DNA of 64,000 bases from Carcharhinus longimanus (GCA_030264375.1 JASCQW010000001.1:147568229-147632228); one strand, 5' to 3'; positions 1-13,866 are shown, counted from the stretch's first letter. The notes: a model not told the origin generated them from the letters alone. Made by a program: numbers and translations.

Positions 1-1130
1 GTGAAGTTGGAGGCAAACTATTGGTTTGGATCAGTAATTGGTTAGGACACAAGTGACAAGAGTGTTGGGAAAATGGACACTTACACAAGTTAACAGAATG
101 TGACTAACGATTTCCTCTTGATTTGTACTGGAGCCTTAGCTTTTCCTCCATATTTATAAATGACTTGGAGGAAGAAATACTGGGCCATCATGTGTCTAAA
201 TTTACTGACTACACTTAAGTTCAGCTGGGCAGTAAATAGTAGAGATAGAAGCAGAATGTTACAAAAGGACATCGATAAATTAAGTAAGTGGATAAAACTG
301 TGGCAGATGGAATTCAATGTAGGAAAGTAAAAGGTTTGGAACCTAAAAGTATTTTCTAAGCAGTGAGAAGCTATTCACTGTAACTGAATAGAAGATTTAG
401 GGGTCCAAGTAGAGAAATAACCAAAAGTTAATGCACAGATTATAAAAACTCATTGACTTTTATCTTAAATAAATTGGGATACAATTATGTTAGAGCTGTA
501 TTGAGCTCCAATCATACTTCATTTGGAGTATTCCATTCAGGAAAAACATATGTAATGGCCTTGGAGTGGGTGAATCACAAAGTCCCCAGAATGATACTGG
601 GGCTAAAAGGGTCAAATGATGTGCTCAGCCTGTATTCCCTTGAACTGTAGGTAAAATTAGAGGTGATGGAATCAATAGGGGAAATCTTTTGCTTGGGGAA
701 TCCAGAACAAGGGGGCCTAAACTTAAAATTAGACCTTTGAGTGATGATGTCAGAAAGCATTTCTTCAAATAAAGGATGGTAGAAATCTAGAATTCTCTTT
801 CGCCACAACACTGTTGATGCTGGGATTCCATCATTTCAAAACTGAGGCTGGTAGACCATCACTGATTAGAAAATATTTTTAGATTCCAAGTGGATAGCCT
901 GTTACTCTCCCACATTGCATTCCATCTGTCACAGTTTTGCCCACTTAATTAACTTACTAACGTCCTTTTGCAATTTTCTGCTCCTATCTCTATTATTTAC
1001 TGCCCATCTAAACTTAAGTGTAGATCTTTAAGCAAGGGTGTTAAAGGTTACAGAGTCAAAGTGAGTTTAGGTAGCGATCAGCTATGATCTAATTGAAGGA
1101 CAGAACAGCTTCAAGGGGCTGAATGCATCA
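1..1130 (+). mobile_element. Decayed CR1-type LINE 3' part (with a small inverted fragment ~880-1020)
   Basis: Remnants of RT C-terminal motifs (FxIFINDL, SKFxDxTKL, LQKDIDKLSKW, WQMEFNVGK) and a CR1 3' tail, with many stops. Confidence 0.7.
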
Positions 1131-1254
1131 TCTTCAATAGCCACATGCCAAAGCAGAAGCAACATCAATTTATTGTGTCTTGGACATGCAGCCCCATTCC
1201 TTAGGTCAAAATCCTCAGCCTTCCATATGCAGCAGTATTTGGGAGCACCTTGTG

Positions 1255-1608
1255 TTTTTGTTCATTCGTGGGTCATGGGCATCACTGGCTGGCCAGCATT
1301 TATTGCCCATCCTTAGTTGCCCGAGTGTGGTTGAGATTCAACCATATTACTATGGTTCTGGAGTCACATGTAGGCCAGACCAGGTATGGACGGCAGATTT
1401 CCTTCCCTAAAGGACACTAGTGAACCAGATAGGTTTTTCCTGGCAAACAGTGGTTTCGTGTTCATCAGTAGATTCTTAATTCCAGTTTTTTTAAATTGAA
1501 TTCAAATTTCCCATCTGCCATGGGGGGATTTGAACCCTGGTCCCCAGAACGTTAGCTGAGTTTCTGGATTAATAGTTTAGCAGTAATACCACTCGGCCGT
1601 CACCTTCC
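1255..1608 (-). mobile_element. tRNA-derived SINE (family C) with the 3' tail of the 32.8-34.5 kb LINE family
   Basis: Reverse complement has A/B-box-like motifs (gtggtatta, ggttcaaatcc), core ggttcactagtgtcctttagggaaggaaatctgcc, and tail ggatgggcaataaatgctggccagccag. Confidence 0.75.
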
Positions 1609-2496
1609 CTTCATATGAACTGCAGTATTTTAGAGAGGCCCTACCCACTGTCTGGAGGGGAACTAGAGATGGCCAATAAATTTTGTCCTTGCCACTGACA
1701 CCTATATGATGCATTTTTAAAATTCTTTGCAGCCTCTCTCATGTGGGTAAATCAAACAATATAGATAATTCACATTGGACAGGCCAAAATCTCAGCGTTC
1801 TAATGCTTCACTGGAAATTCGCATGACTCTTGAAGATGCTGATCTCTATGGAGGGTCGATTAATTGGTTTTGTGCTGTTCAGTCTGGTGAAGCTTTATTG
1901 CAGTGTGTTGACGAGACTGGCAACAGGGCATTATCTCAGCCAGCATCAGCAGACTTTAATAATCACTGCAGCGTGACGCTTTGATCAACAGCTATCCCCA
2001 TAAATCTGGGAGGGAGACTTGTTTTTCTTCAGGTTGTCAGCCACAAATGCTTTCAACATTTTTCAGCGCATTCTTAAACCAGTGAACCAGAAACTCTAAC
2101 AGTCTTTGGCCGCTTGGAAGCCAGCATAACTGCAGAGTCAAAAGGTAACTTTTAAAAGCAGAATTTTCAGTGCTGAACAAGGGCTATCTGAGAATAATTG
2201 AGAACATTCAAGGGATGAAATGTTCTCAAAACAGAAGGTGAGCACAAGATAGTAAATATTGTGCCACGTTTTGCTCTAGTGGAACATTTAACGGCATCTG
2301 ACGTTAGTTAGACTTGCCCTTGCATCTGAGTTTGTGAAATTTTGCAAGGCTAGTTGGTGCAAGTGTGAGCTAGCAATGTCACAGCAAGAGGAAACCAGCC
2401 CTCTGGAACCTAAGTGAACAAAGCAAGTACTATGGATCTCCTTATCTGCAGGGCACACATACAAACGTGCTGCTGACACAAAGATAGGCAGCACTT

Positions 2497-2952
2497 TTTA
2501 AAAAAGTTTATTTATTAATTTCACAAGTAGACTTACATTTAACACCATAGTGAAGTTACCATATCACTGGCCATGCTAAGTTGACCCCAGTGTCAGGGGT
2601 TTAGCAGGGTAAATATGTGGGGTTATGGGAGTAGGGCCTGGGTGGAATTGTGGTCAGTGCAGACTCGATGGGCCGAATTGCCTCCTTCTGCAATGTAGGG
2701 ATTCTGAGTCTACAGTGAAAACCCCCAGTCGCCTCTCCGGTGTCTGTTCAGGTACACAGAGAGAATTTGCCATGGCCAATGCACGTAACCAGCACGTCTT
2801 TCGGACTGTGGGAGGAAACCAGAGCACTTGGAGGAAACCCATGCATCATGGGAAGAACGTGCAGATTCCGCACAGTGACCCAAGCTGGGAATTGAACCCA
2901 GGTCCCTGATGCTGTGAGGCAGCAGTGCTAGCCACTATGCCACCGTGCCGTC
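2497..2952 (-). mobile_element. V-SINE (HE1-like head/core, tail type B) with a nested HE1 3' fragment (+, ~2568-2706)
   Basis: HE1-like head gtggcatagtggctagcactgctgcctcacag and V core. The tail is interrupted by ggccatgctaag...tctgcaatgtagggattct. Confidence 0.8.
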
Positions 2953-2959
2953 CCAAAAC

Positions 2960-3918
2960 ATGGAAGCATAACTTTACAAGGAGATATTGAAAAATTAAGT
3001 GAGTGGGAAAAATTGTTCCAAATAGATTTAAATGTAGGCAAATCTGATAGAATTTACTTTGAATCTAAAGGGAATAGAACAAAGAGTTTCCTAAGATGTA
3101 AAAAGATAGGGAAAAGTATTGAAGGTCCAAGGATTCAGGATCATTGAATTTTCACAAAGGTGTGCAGAAGATGGTGAAAATGGTATTTTCTGGCCTTTAT
3201 ATCTGGAAGACTAGGAGACAAGGGATAGAAGCTACAGCTGTGCAAAATACTAGTTAGCCCACTCCTGGAGAAATGCGAACAGTGTTGGGAACACATCTTA
3301 GGATAGATATAATAGCCTAGGAGGAAACGTGTTTACCAGAAATAAACCTANNNNNNNNNNNNNNNNNNNNNNNNNNNNNNNNNNNNNNNNNNNNNNNNNN
3401 NNNNNNNNNNNNNNNNNNNNNNNNNNNNNNNNNNNNNNNNNNNNNNNNNNAAGATTTACCAGGATGCTACTGGGACTTGATGGATTGAGTTATAAGGAAA
3501 GGCTGGATAGACTGGGACTTTTTTCTCTGGAGAGTAGGAGACTGAGGGGTGATCTTATAGATCTTATAAAATAATGAGGGGCATAGACAAGGTAGATACT
3601 CAATATCTTTTCCCAAAGGTAGGGGAGTCTAAAACTAGAGAGCATAGGTTTAAGGTGAGGGGGGGAGAGATACAAAAGTGTCCAGAGGTTTTTTCAGAGG
3701 GTGGTGAATGTCTGGAACAGGCTGTCAGAGGTAGTAGCAGAGGCGAGTACAATTTTGTCTTCTACAAAGCATTTAGATAGCTACATGGGTACAATGGGTA
3801 TAGAGGGATATCCCAAATGCGGGCAATTGGGATTAGTTTAGGGTTTTAACAAAAAAAGGGCAGCATGGACAAGTTGGGCCAAAGGGCCTGTTTCCATGCT
3901 ATAAACCTCTCTGACTCT
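2960..3918 (+). mobile_element. CR1-type LINE 3' fragments on both sides of a 100-N gap
   Basis: [36 protein letters not shown] is the typical CR1 ORF2 C-terminus. CR1 tail gggccaaagggcctgtttcc. Confidence 0.85.
3351..3450. other. Assembly gap (100 N)
   Basis: N run. Confidence 1.
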
Positions 3919-3919
3919 A

Positions 3920-4078
3920 CCTCCCATTAAGTTGATTTTTCTCTACACTCTATCTATGACTGTAACACTACATTCTGCAATTCTTTCCTTCTCAAGGAAT
4001 GGTATGCTTCGCCTGTACATTGCTCAAGAGACAGTACTTTTCGCTGTATACCAACACGTGACAATAAATCAAATCAAA
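3920..4078 (+). mobile_element. Rex1/Babar-type LINE 3' tail
   Basis: ctatgactgtaacactacattctgca...gtgacaataaatcaaatcaaa. The same tail occurs at 5315-5435 and 44325-44572. Confidence 0.6.
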
Positions 4079-4619
4079 AATATGGTTAGGGGAATTTATC
4101 TGATGGGAGAGATTAAGGAGCTACAGGAGGTTACTAATCTCAGAATATTAAGGTGGATGTTGAAATTCCTGGGGATGAGAGGTCACTTAATGTGAATGCT
4201 GAGGAAAGAAAGCTTTGCAGTTTAACTTGGTGAGAAAATTGGCATGGTTCTTGGGTGGGTGGTAAAAAACAAATATTTTAAAAGAAATGCGAACTGAGTG
4301 AGGTGTTCAAAGGAGAAGCAGATACCAGAAGAATAGGTAGGCTGACTAAGGTGCGATGAGAGCCGCACCAGACTGCTATAGTTTAAATGTATTAAAAATT
4401 GTCTTACTTCGAAGTTGCTTCTTGAGACACTTTTTTTGATCATCCAAGAATTTTTTTAAGTAGCTGCTTGAAAACGTTAGGTTATTATGGGGGGCTTTAA
4501 TTAATTGAATGTGTTGTACTATTTGATTAAAGAATATAGGAATTGTTGATGGGACAAAAATGTTTAATTTCATTTGCCCTCTACTATCCTGTTGTTACTA
4601 TACAGTAGTCCTTGGAACA

Positions 4620-5060
4620 TACCTGGAATGGGGAAAGGTTGGACAAGCTAGGTTATATCCGTTGGAGGTTAGAAGAGTAAGAGGTGACTTGATTGAAACA
4701 TATAAAATCTTCAGGGATCTTGACATGCTGAATGTGGGGAGGACGTTGTTTTTGTGGGAGAATCTGGAACTAGGAAGTTACTGTTTAAAAATAAGAGGTC
4801 ACCTATTTAAAACAGATGAGGTGAAATTCTTTCACTCAAAGATTACGAATCTTTGGAACTTCCTCAAAATGTGATGGAAGCAGTCTTTAAATGTCTTCTA
4901 TGGCAATGGTGGATACATTCTTGGTAAGCAAGAGGTTGATAGGTTATAGGGATAGGCAGGATATTTGAGGTTACTGTCAGATTAGCCTTGTCATATTAAA
5001 TGATGGAGCAGGCTTGGAAGGAATCAGTGGTCTACTCCTGCTCCTTGTTCAAATGTTTGT
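4620..5060 (+). mobile_element. CR1-type LINE 3' fragment
   Basis: LYPLEVRRVRGDLIETYKI motif and CR1 tail. Confidence 0.8.
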
Positions 5061-5314
5061 AGTCCCAGAAATGAAGCAAGGAGTCCTAGTGATGGAGAGC
5101 TTTGCGAGTCTTGGGTCCAACTGTTCCTTCATGCCTCCAATTGCTCATTATTTCCACAAGATGTTATTTGTTTCATAGAATTATAGTGAATGTGTTTTTT
5201 CCCCTAAGTTGGCACTGGAGCAAGGTGACTTCTTGCAAGCTGCCCCAGTATACCTTCTAATTCTATGTTTTACTCTTGTTCTGTGCTTCTAAAACTTCAT
5301 TCTAATTCTTTTAA

Positions 5315-5435
5315 TCTACGCCCTATCTATGACTGTAACACTACATTCTGCACTCTCTCTATGAATGGTATACTTTGTATAATTGCACAAGAAACAGTAC
5401 TTTTCACTTATACATGTGACAATAATAATTCAAAT
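5315..5435 (+). mobile_element. Rex1/Babar-type LINE 3' tail just upstream of the CREBRF acceptor
   Basis: Homologous to 3920-4078 and 44325-44572. Confidence 0.55.
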
Positions 5436-5466
5436 AAACTAATTGTATGTATTCTTGTCAAAATAG

Positions 5467-5656
5467 GAAAATATTTAGTGAAGAAGTCTCGCAGAACAGA
5501 TGTTGAAGACTTGACACCAAATCCAAGAAAACTACTACAAATTGGAAATGAACTTAGAAAACTAAACAAAGTGATTAGTGATCTGACACCTGTAAGTGAA
5601 TTGCCATTAACTGCCAGACCAAGATCCAGAAAAGAAAAGAACAAATTAGCATCCAG
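5467..5656 (+). CDS. CREBRF: CREB3 regulatory factor, internal coding exon (basic region of bZIP), 190 nt, phase 1 to phase 2
   Basis: aaatag|GA...TCCAG|gtaatg. Translates (G)[62 protein letters not shown](R), recognised as near-identical to vertebrate CREBRF. Confidence 0.95.
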
Positions 5657-8600
5657 GTAATGAGGAGAATTCAGTGATTGTCCTGTATAAATGAAACCAA
5701 TTCTTTTTAATATTTGTTATTATCAGAGATGTTTCAATCTTTAAAAATGGATATCTATCTGCATCCCCTCCAAAAATTAATTTCTATCCATCCTCTATAA
5801 GGGTGGGCAGAGCTCTAATAACCTATTCCATATCTACCCAATACTGGTTTTTGTACAAAAAAAATGGTGAAATGCTGCGATTTAAATACAGCACACCATA
5901 TTCTACTCACATGCAAATTTAACCCACCTTTCTCTTTGAAAGTTGGATATTTGAAAAAGGATTTGTTTTGGACATGTTAATAAAAACAGTTTTTCTAACA
6001 CAATTGAAATATGAAATTCACTTTTTTTTGTATTATCTTCATTGATTACTCCACATACGTTACACATAGGTGGCCTATCCAACTGGGAAAATAAGAGGGA
6101 CATTTGTCCCTTTAGCTTTTAATGTAATTGTGATGTTTACAAAATACAGGGGCACCTCCAGGCATCCATCTTCAGTTATTTTCCTCCCACCATTGACACC
6201 CGTTGCATTATGTTTGTTGCATCGCTAAGGAGTCTTCTTAATCAACAGTTTGTTTTTACTGCTGATAACCCAGATTTCTTACCTATACTAAATTTTCTTT
6301 CAAAAGTAAAATATCTTGTTTAGCTGAATTTAAAATTCTACATCAGCTACAGAAAGATCTTCTCCATCACTAAGCAGCACCCAGTACTGTCTTGACCACA
6401 CAATGTGTGAACTCTTACATTTCTATAGTAGGGTAAACCAAAGAGTTTACAGCATCGTCATTCATTCAAAATACACTTGGGTATCAAGGAAGTTCCGTCA
6501 TTCAATTTGACTACATCAGATATCTTCGCATATAACATATCTTTGAGAGGAAACAAATGGCACATAAGAGGATTTCTTTTCAGACATGGAAGTTTCTCTG
6601 AAGAATGCTACTCCTAGATCATTTTCCCATTACTACTCAAACTGAATTTCCTCACTGTGCCAGTTCCAGACCAGGATTGTAGGATGTATTAATATATAAT
6701 ATACTTGTACTATCCATGAGGTTCATCTAGTCACTGAAAGAGGCTGTACAGTTTTAAGTCACAGTGGAGAAAACACAATGTATTGTAAGAGCTGACAGTT
6801 CCCTTAAGGCAGTGCATCTGATATCCCATGTCACCACAGAAAGCTGGATATGGGAGACATTATCTTTACTATTAGTTTGGAATTTATTTTACCTGTGTGT
6901 TGGTCTAATGTAATGCTGAAGGAGTTGTCTTATGCTGATGTGCACTCAAGAATATTCATGGACATTCCAAATTTGGCACTGTTAAGCAACTGAAAATTTT
7001 CTGTAAACAAAACAGGAATAATTCAATACATCTCTGCACAGAAGGTAAGTTATTAAAGCCACTCTCTGGCTTTTGGTCCAAAGGCAAACCTGTATAGGCA
7101 ATTGAACAAAAATAAATATTTTGAAGGCTTCAGTTTTCAGTGAGCTGTAAAATATGTCACTCAAACAGAGAGTCCACAACCTTAACAAGAAGAATGAAGC
7201 CACAGTCTCTTTCATTGCTTCTCGCATCCAATGATGCTAACACTTTGGCTCTGTGTCACATCTCCTGACTTGATCCAGTCTGCCCTGGGGCTGGCTCGCT
7301 AGTAACAGTTTCTGAAAACCAAGGGGTTTGTTGTGCTCTTTCAAAGAGCAATAATGATGATGTTAAATTGGATGCCAAAGTGGAAAGCATATGACGCAAC
7401 TCACGCTCTCAGCAATTGACAAAATGCTTTAAAGCATTTAGGGCTAAAACCAAACCTGCATAGGCTATTAAGTTACAGTAAATTCTTTTACTTTTATCAC
7501 TGATTTTCCACAAGGACCAAAACCTTTTTGTGATGTCTTAAGCCAGCTTCAAAAAATATTTGCGTTATTACACTCGCCATCATGCAAAAAGTATGCTGAC
7601 ATGCAACCTCTGCGATGCATTCTTCCACAAGGCATCATGGATTGCTACAGAAACTACTTTTACTTTCAAATATTCAGCTTCTGTTGGATTTGTAAGGTTC
7701 AAGATAATCTACACCTTCAGTCTTTGCCAGATGTTTATCAGCATTCATCCAAGACAAAATCTGGAATTGAATTGAGACATTCCTTTAGAGGATGAAGACT
7801 TTCCTACTTTGGAATCTTTTTTTGCCAATAACATGGCCCTGTATTGTTTTTCTTTTTCTCAGATAGAGAAATTACGATCAGTGTTCCTTCTGTGCTGCTT
7901 TTTCCTGATTTGTAAAATAACGCTGATGGCATCAGACTGTTCTCGATCTCTAGCACTCTGGCTTGTCTTCTACTTGGACCTTTTTCTTATTCAATAGCAA
8001 AGTAAATTTTGTGTTATGGAGCGGAGAATCATCTGAAATGTATCCCTAATCAGTTGACTATTTATGGATAATCTGATGTCTTTGGGATTAAACTCACACA
8101 TCCTTTGTAGACCATTATGATTGTCCATAACCCTGTTAAAGCTTTATAATTGGAGATTTTTTTTTTAAACCGGTGATTGCTGAGCATCTGAAATAAAACA
8201 GAAGTAATTTTGTAATGGGGGAGAGGGCATCTTTGAAGCCTCACCATCTTCTCTCTTGGAGCACAATCTAACTTTAATTCTTGTTACTGCATTTGGATAG
8301 AATGTTGGACAGACTGAGCAGTTTATCAAGAGTCAAATGGATTAACACCTAGCAGTTATACAACCATTTTACTTTACAATGTACGTAACTAGGCCGACCT
8401 TGAGAGCTCTCCGAAGAAAGCAACTTAACTAAGTGCCTTGTTTTGTACGTGATGAAGATTGAAGTCACAAGCCGCCAACTTATTACAGCTGCATAGCATC
8501 AAACATGATGTTGATAAATGCGCTGTTACTACACGATGCAGCGTAAAAGCATAAATAACTTAACTCAAGCTTGGAGTTTTAAAAGAAATCACTATTACAG

Positions 8601-10084
8601 TTAAATTCAGGTTTGATCTTTCATAATGTCCTATAGATGACAGTCAAACTTGGCCAAGAAAGCCTCCAAGTTTGTTTCTTTCTTCGCCATCTCATCAACG
8701 CCTCCACACCCTCCTGCACCTCACCCCCATCCTGCGCAAAATGTTGCTGAAGAGCCATAAGAATGCCGCTGTACTATGACATTTCAGAGCCATCGTTGGC
8801 TCACCATTTTGTCTTTCAAATAATTGTATATCAGCCTAAGCTGCGATGACCATCATATAAATCCACTTTAGGTTTTCTTTGCCGATAATAAATGGGCTAA
8901 AACTTATTTTTGATGACTTCTTCAAGAAACTTAAATTGTCAACGACACAATTTTGCTGTAATATACTTGCAGTCTGTCTAGGCTATTAATTATTTACCTC
9001 TAATCTTTAGATTTGGACCCTTCTAGTGATAGCCTGGATGTTCATTTATGTCCTAGAATTGCTACATGAAGGACTTCAGCTGGTGGAAATTTCAACTTAA
9101 GCTATCTCTACCTGCCTTTCCATAGTGGAAGGAAACTCTTCAGAAAGTCATTCCTTGAATTTTCTCCCCACATTAAGATCCCAACTAATTGCTTAGTCCA
9201 AGCATGGGATCTTCATGCTGTATAACCTGATGCAACCCCACAACCCCAACTCAGCCCCTTTTTGAGCCTATGGCTGCTGTAGATTTAAAGCTGCTGTCAA
9301 AGGACTTTGTTCCTAACTCTGTTCTCTGCCAGGAGTGTTGGTGAACTTCACGCAGTAGTAGCGGAGGCACAGCCCTGTAATTTTTTTTTTATTTTTTTTT
9401 CCCCCCAGTTGAATAGGCTACCTACCCTTGGGATGTGGAGTGTACCTTTTCAGAAAATGATGACTACATTATTCTAAAGGTGAGTAATGATCTTTATACC
9501 AAGGAGATTCCATTTTAATGATGTAGTATTTCTTAAACTATGTTTCATAATGTAAGTTCGCATGCGATATTTGACTTTCATTGATAAAAGTTCTTACCAC
9601 TAACATGTTTAAATAAGCTGCAGTTGGTTGGCTGAACAGTCAGTCTGAGGCTGATTTTATTGAAACCCGTATGGAGATAAAAGTTCAACCAATATTTCAA
9701 AATTATGACTTTATAATCCAAGAATTTTTTATTTGTAGTCACATTTGGTTCTGTGCTGTCTGCATCTGTAAAGTATGCATCTAAAACTAAAGTGTAGGTC
9801 AAATTTTATTTTCCTTCTAATTTTCTCCTCATTTCCTGTCTCTGAAGACATTGATTTACTCCCTGGAGTACTGGGGTTTGTGGGTGTTTTCTCTGTGATC
9901 CTAAGCAGAGAGTTTGAATAAGCTATCCAATAAGTGAAGGAAGGAATATCTCAGCTGTGACTAATCCTGTTCTCATCCATGATTACATATAGGCGTATTT
10001 TAAAACTATCTATTTGCTAGATAGGAAATAGCAGTAGGAACCATGGTGACTTCCCTCTCCCTATTTAGAAAACAAATGCAAAAT

Positions 10085-10428
10085 GGAAAGATTAATATTT
10101 ATGTAGTGCTTTTCATTACTGGATATCTCAAAGCACTTCATAACATCAAACAGTGATGCGATAAGGATTGAAGGATAAAAATTCAGCACAGGGATTATGC
10201 CCTTGCTCCTCTTTTAAAATAGTGCCATGAGATCTTTTACATCCACCCAAGCAGAAGGATGCGGCTTTGGTTTAATGTCCCATCCAAAAGACAACACCTG
10301 CACAAGTATAACACTCCCTCAGTATTGCACCACAATGTCAATTTTTGAGTTCATGCCTTGTGTCAGATTTGAATCTGGAACCTTGAGGCTCAGAGATAAG
10401 TCTATTACCAACTGAACCATGGTTGACA
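10085..10428 (-). mobile_element. DeuSINE (SacSINE1/AmnSINE1-like)
   Basis: Reverse complement has Deu-domain-like ggtggatgtaaaagatctcatggcactatttta and a tRNA-like head. Confidence 0.65.
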
Positions 10429-10439
10429 ATTTAGGTAAA

Positions 10440-13400
10440 TTACAAGGATCATGAGCACAACAGTAGGCCAATTAGCTGCTCAAACCTGTCCTGCCATTCG
10501 GTGAAAACACGGCTGATTTGTATCATCATCTACTCAGGCTCTGTATCCCTTAATATCCTTGACAAGTAAAGATCTATTGATTTTGAGATTTACAATAGTT
10601 AACCTCTACTGCTATTAACAGCTTTTTCATCGCTTAATTTCCATTTTATACCACTCTTTGCATGAAGTTTTGTTGACTTCTGAATGGCCTGACTCTGATT
10701 TCAAAGTTATGTCTACCAGTGGAAAAGTTTCTACTTATTTCTTTCAAAATCCTAAAGCATCTCAATCAAATCATCCATTAATTTTCCACGTTCCAGGGAA
10801 TCCACGTCTAATTTATAGAACCGTTCCTCATAATTTAAACCCTTGGCACCTTCGTGGCTTTATGGTGAATCTTTGTGTTCTAAAACCAATATATCCTTCC
10901 CAAAGTGTGATGCTGAGAACTGTCCTCGATGATTTCACTAGGACTTTGTACAGCTGCAGCAAAACTTCCTCCATTTTATGTTCTAGTCCTCTAGTTATAA
11001 AGGTTAATATGCCATTAGCCTTTTTTGTTTTTATTTCCTAACTAATAAGATGCACAAGGTATGCAATAAAAGCAGAAATAGGCCATATAGCCTCTTGAAC
11101 TTGTCCTATGATTCAGAAGGGTCTGGGCTGATCTTTGACCTCAACTCATTTACCTCCCAATTCCCATATCCCTTGATTCCCTTTCCAAAAAAAGACTGAA
11201 TATTCAAAGATTCACAACCCTTCCAATATCACTACTAAGTAGTCAATCCCTTTAATCTTAAGGATATTCCTCCTAGTCCTAAACGCCAGCTTAGGAAAAT
11301 ACTCTCAACTTGTGCATTCTATCGAGCCCATTCTTCTAAACTCTGGAGAGTGTAGGATCATTCTGTTCAATCAGTTCTCAAGAAGCAATCTTCTCACCCC
11401 ACAAAACATCATTCTGAACCTTTGTTACACCATGTTCTAAGGCAAATATGTCTTTGCTTGGGTACAGAAATCAAAACCACATGCTACAATTCAGCAGGAT
11501 TTCCTTAATTTTGTACTCCAACCCCCGCTTGTCTTCCTACTGCTCGCTGTACCTACATGCTAAGTTTGTGTTTTGTGCAAAAGAATTCTTAAATCCATCT
11601 GAACAATATATTCTTACCATTTAGAAAGTTTTTTTTCTCGAGAGTAGTAAAGGCGTGGAATGCCCTGCCTGCAACAGTAATGGACTCGCCAACATTAAGG
11701 GCACTTAAATGGTCGTTAGATAAACATATGGATGATATTGGAACAGTGTAGGTTAGATGGACTTTAGATTGGTTTCACAGGTTGGCGTAACATCGAGGGC
11801 CTGTACTGCGCTGTGATGTTCTGTGTTCTGTCATTCTGTTTTGTGCTCATTTTTTGAACATCCTATGCTGGTTCCTAAATCTCTCTCAAACTCATAGCTT
11901 ACCACTATACCTTGCTTTTTAATATTATCTATAACCTGTTTAATTATCCAGAGTTAATCATTTTTTCTTGCGAAATCTGTATTTCTCAAGGCAATGTATA
12001 TTTGTTAAAAGTATGAATTATTTAAATGTTTATCATTACTTTTCAATAGTCATAGCTTTTAATCTATTTTCAAAATCTACCTTCGCAAAATTGTAAAACC
12101 ATAAGAAATTATTCGGTCCCTCAAGCCCGTTTCATCATTCAGTAGGTTTATAGCTGATCCGCATTTCCACTTTTCCTGCCCTTTCCTTGTAACCCTTGAA
12201 TCTCTTACTGATCAAAAATCTGTCTTATCTCAACCTTAAATATGCACAAGGACCATGCCCCCACAACCATCTGTGGCAAGGAGTTCCAAAGATTCACAAG
12301 CCTGTAAGAGAAGAAATTCCTCCTCCTCTTGGTCTTGAATTGGTGCCCTTTTATTCTAAGGATACAGCCTCTGGTCCTGGACACCCCCATGAGAGGAAAC
12401 ATTCTCTCAACATTTACTTGATCAAGCCCATTAAGAATCCTATTTGTTTCAATGGGATCATGGAATCCCTACAGTGCAGAAAGAAGCCATTTAGCCTGTC
12501 AAGTCTGCGCCAACTCACCCAGGCCCGATTCCTCTAACCCCACATATTTACCCTGCTAATCCCCTGATACTAGGGTCAATTTAACATGGCCAATCAGCCT
12601 CACCTGCACATCTTTGGACTGTGGGAAGAAACTGGAGTACCCAGAGGAACACAGACACAGGGAGAATGTGCAAACTCCACACACAGGGTGACCCGAGGCT
12701 GGAATTGAACCCGGGACCCTGGCACTGTAAAGCAATAGTGTTAACCACTGTGCCACCCAAATCTTTTGATCTTCTAAATTCCAGTGAGTCCCAACCTGCT
12801 TAATATTTGTTGTAAGATAATTCTTCTACACCAGGGGTCATCCTAGTGAATCTTCTCAAAATTGTTTCCACAAAAGAATATCTTTCCCTAAACAAGGGGT
12901 CCAAATCTGCTCACAGTACTCCAGATGTGGTCTCCAGATGTAGTACCTTCTACAGTTGCAGCAATACTTTTCTACTTTATACTCAAGTCCCTTTGACGTA
13001 AGAGCCCTGCATTCTGTTAGCCTTCCTGATTACCTAATTCACTTGTGCTAGCTTTGCGTTTCGTTCACAAATACCCCCAAATCCCTTTGTGTTGCAGACT
13101 TCTGCAGTTTTTTTCCACTTAAAAATAATAGCTTGTTCTTTTGTTCTCCCTTCCAAAATGAGCCACTTCACATTTTCCTACACTATACTCCATTTGGCAA
13201 TTTTTTGCCCACTTGTGTAACCAATCAATATTTCTTTATAAACTGTTTGCATCCCTCTCACAATTCACCTTTTGACCTATTTCTATATCGTCTGCAAATT
13301 TGCGACAGTGCATTCACTTTCTCCCTCTGAGTCATTAGTATATATAATAAACAGTTACGGTCCCAGTGCTGATCCCTGAGAAACCCCACTGGTTACAGGT

Positions 13401-13680
13401 TGCCAACCTGAAAAAGAATCTATTATTCCCATTCACTGTTTCCTGCCCATTATCCAATTCTCTGTTCATACCAATATATCACCTCCAATACCATGGGCTC
13501 TTATCTTTTGACTTAACCTTTTGTGAGGTACCTTGTCAAATGTTTTCTGGAAATTGAAATACAAAACATTAGTGTTTCCCTCTGTCCATTCTGATTAAGA
13601 CTTCCCCGAAAAACTCAAATAAATTAGTTAGACGTAATTTCCTTTTCGAGACTCTGCTTCATTAGATTATGATTTTCTAA
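10440..13680 (-). mobile_element. Cluster of decayed CR1 LINE fragments (mostly minus strand; + fragment ~11625-11830)
   Basis: Minus-strand SRTRGxxLRIKGHQFKTKRRRNFFSYRLVNLWNSLP and further RT motifs (DFQKxFDKVPH), plus several CR1 tails. Confidence 0.75.
12457..12758 (-). mobile_element. HE1 V-SINE (tail type A) inserted in CR1
   Basis: Head, V core (tgtgtggagtttgcacattctccctgtgtct) and tail ttctgcactgtagggattcc. Confidence 0.85.
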
Positions 13681-13866
13681 TTATTTGCTTAGCAAGTTCC
13701 TTCCTCAATATTACCATTATATCATTCTTTGCCATCATTACTGCCCCTTTTCCATTTTCTTTTTTTGATGCATCAAGTGCTATGGGAAATTTAGTTCCTA
13801 ACCTTGGTCACCATGCAACTATGATTCAGCAAATCTATTAGATCTTATCCGTTTATCTCTAATAAG

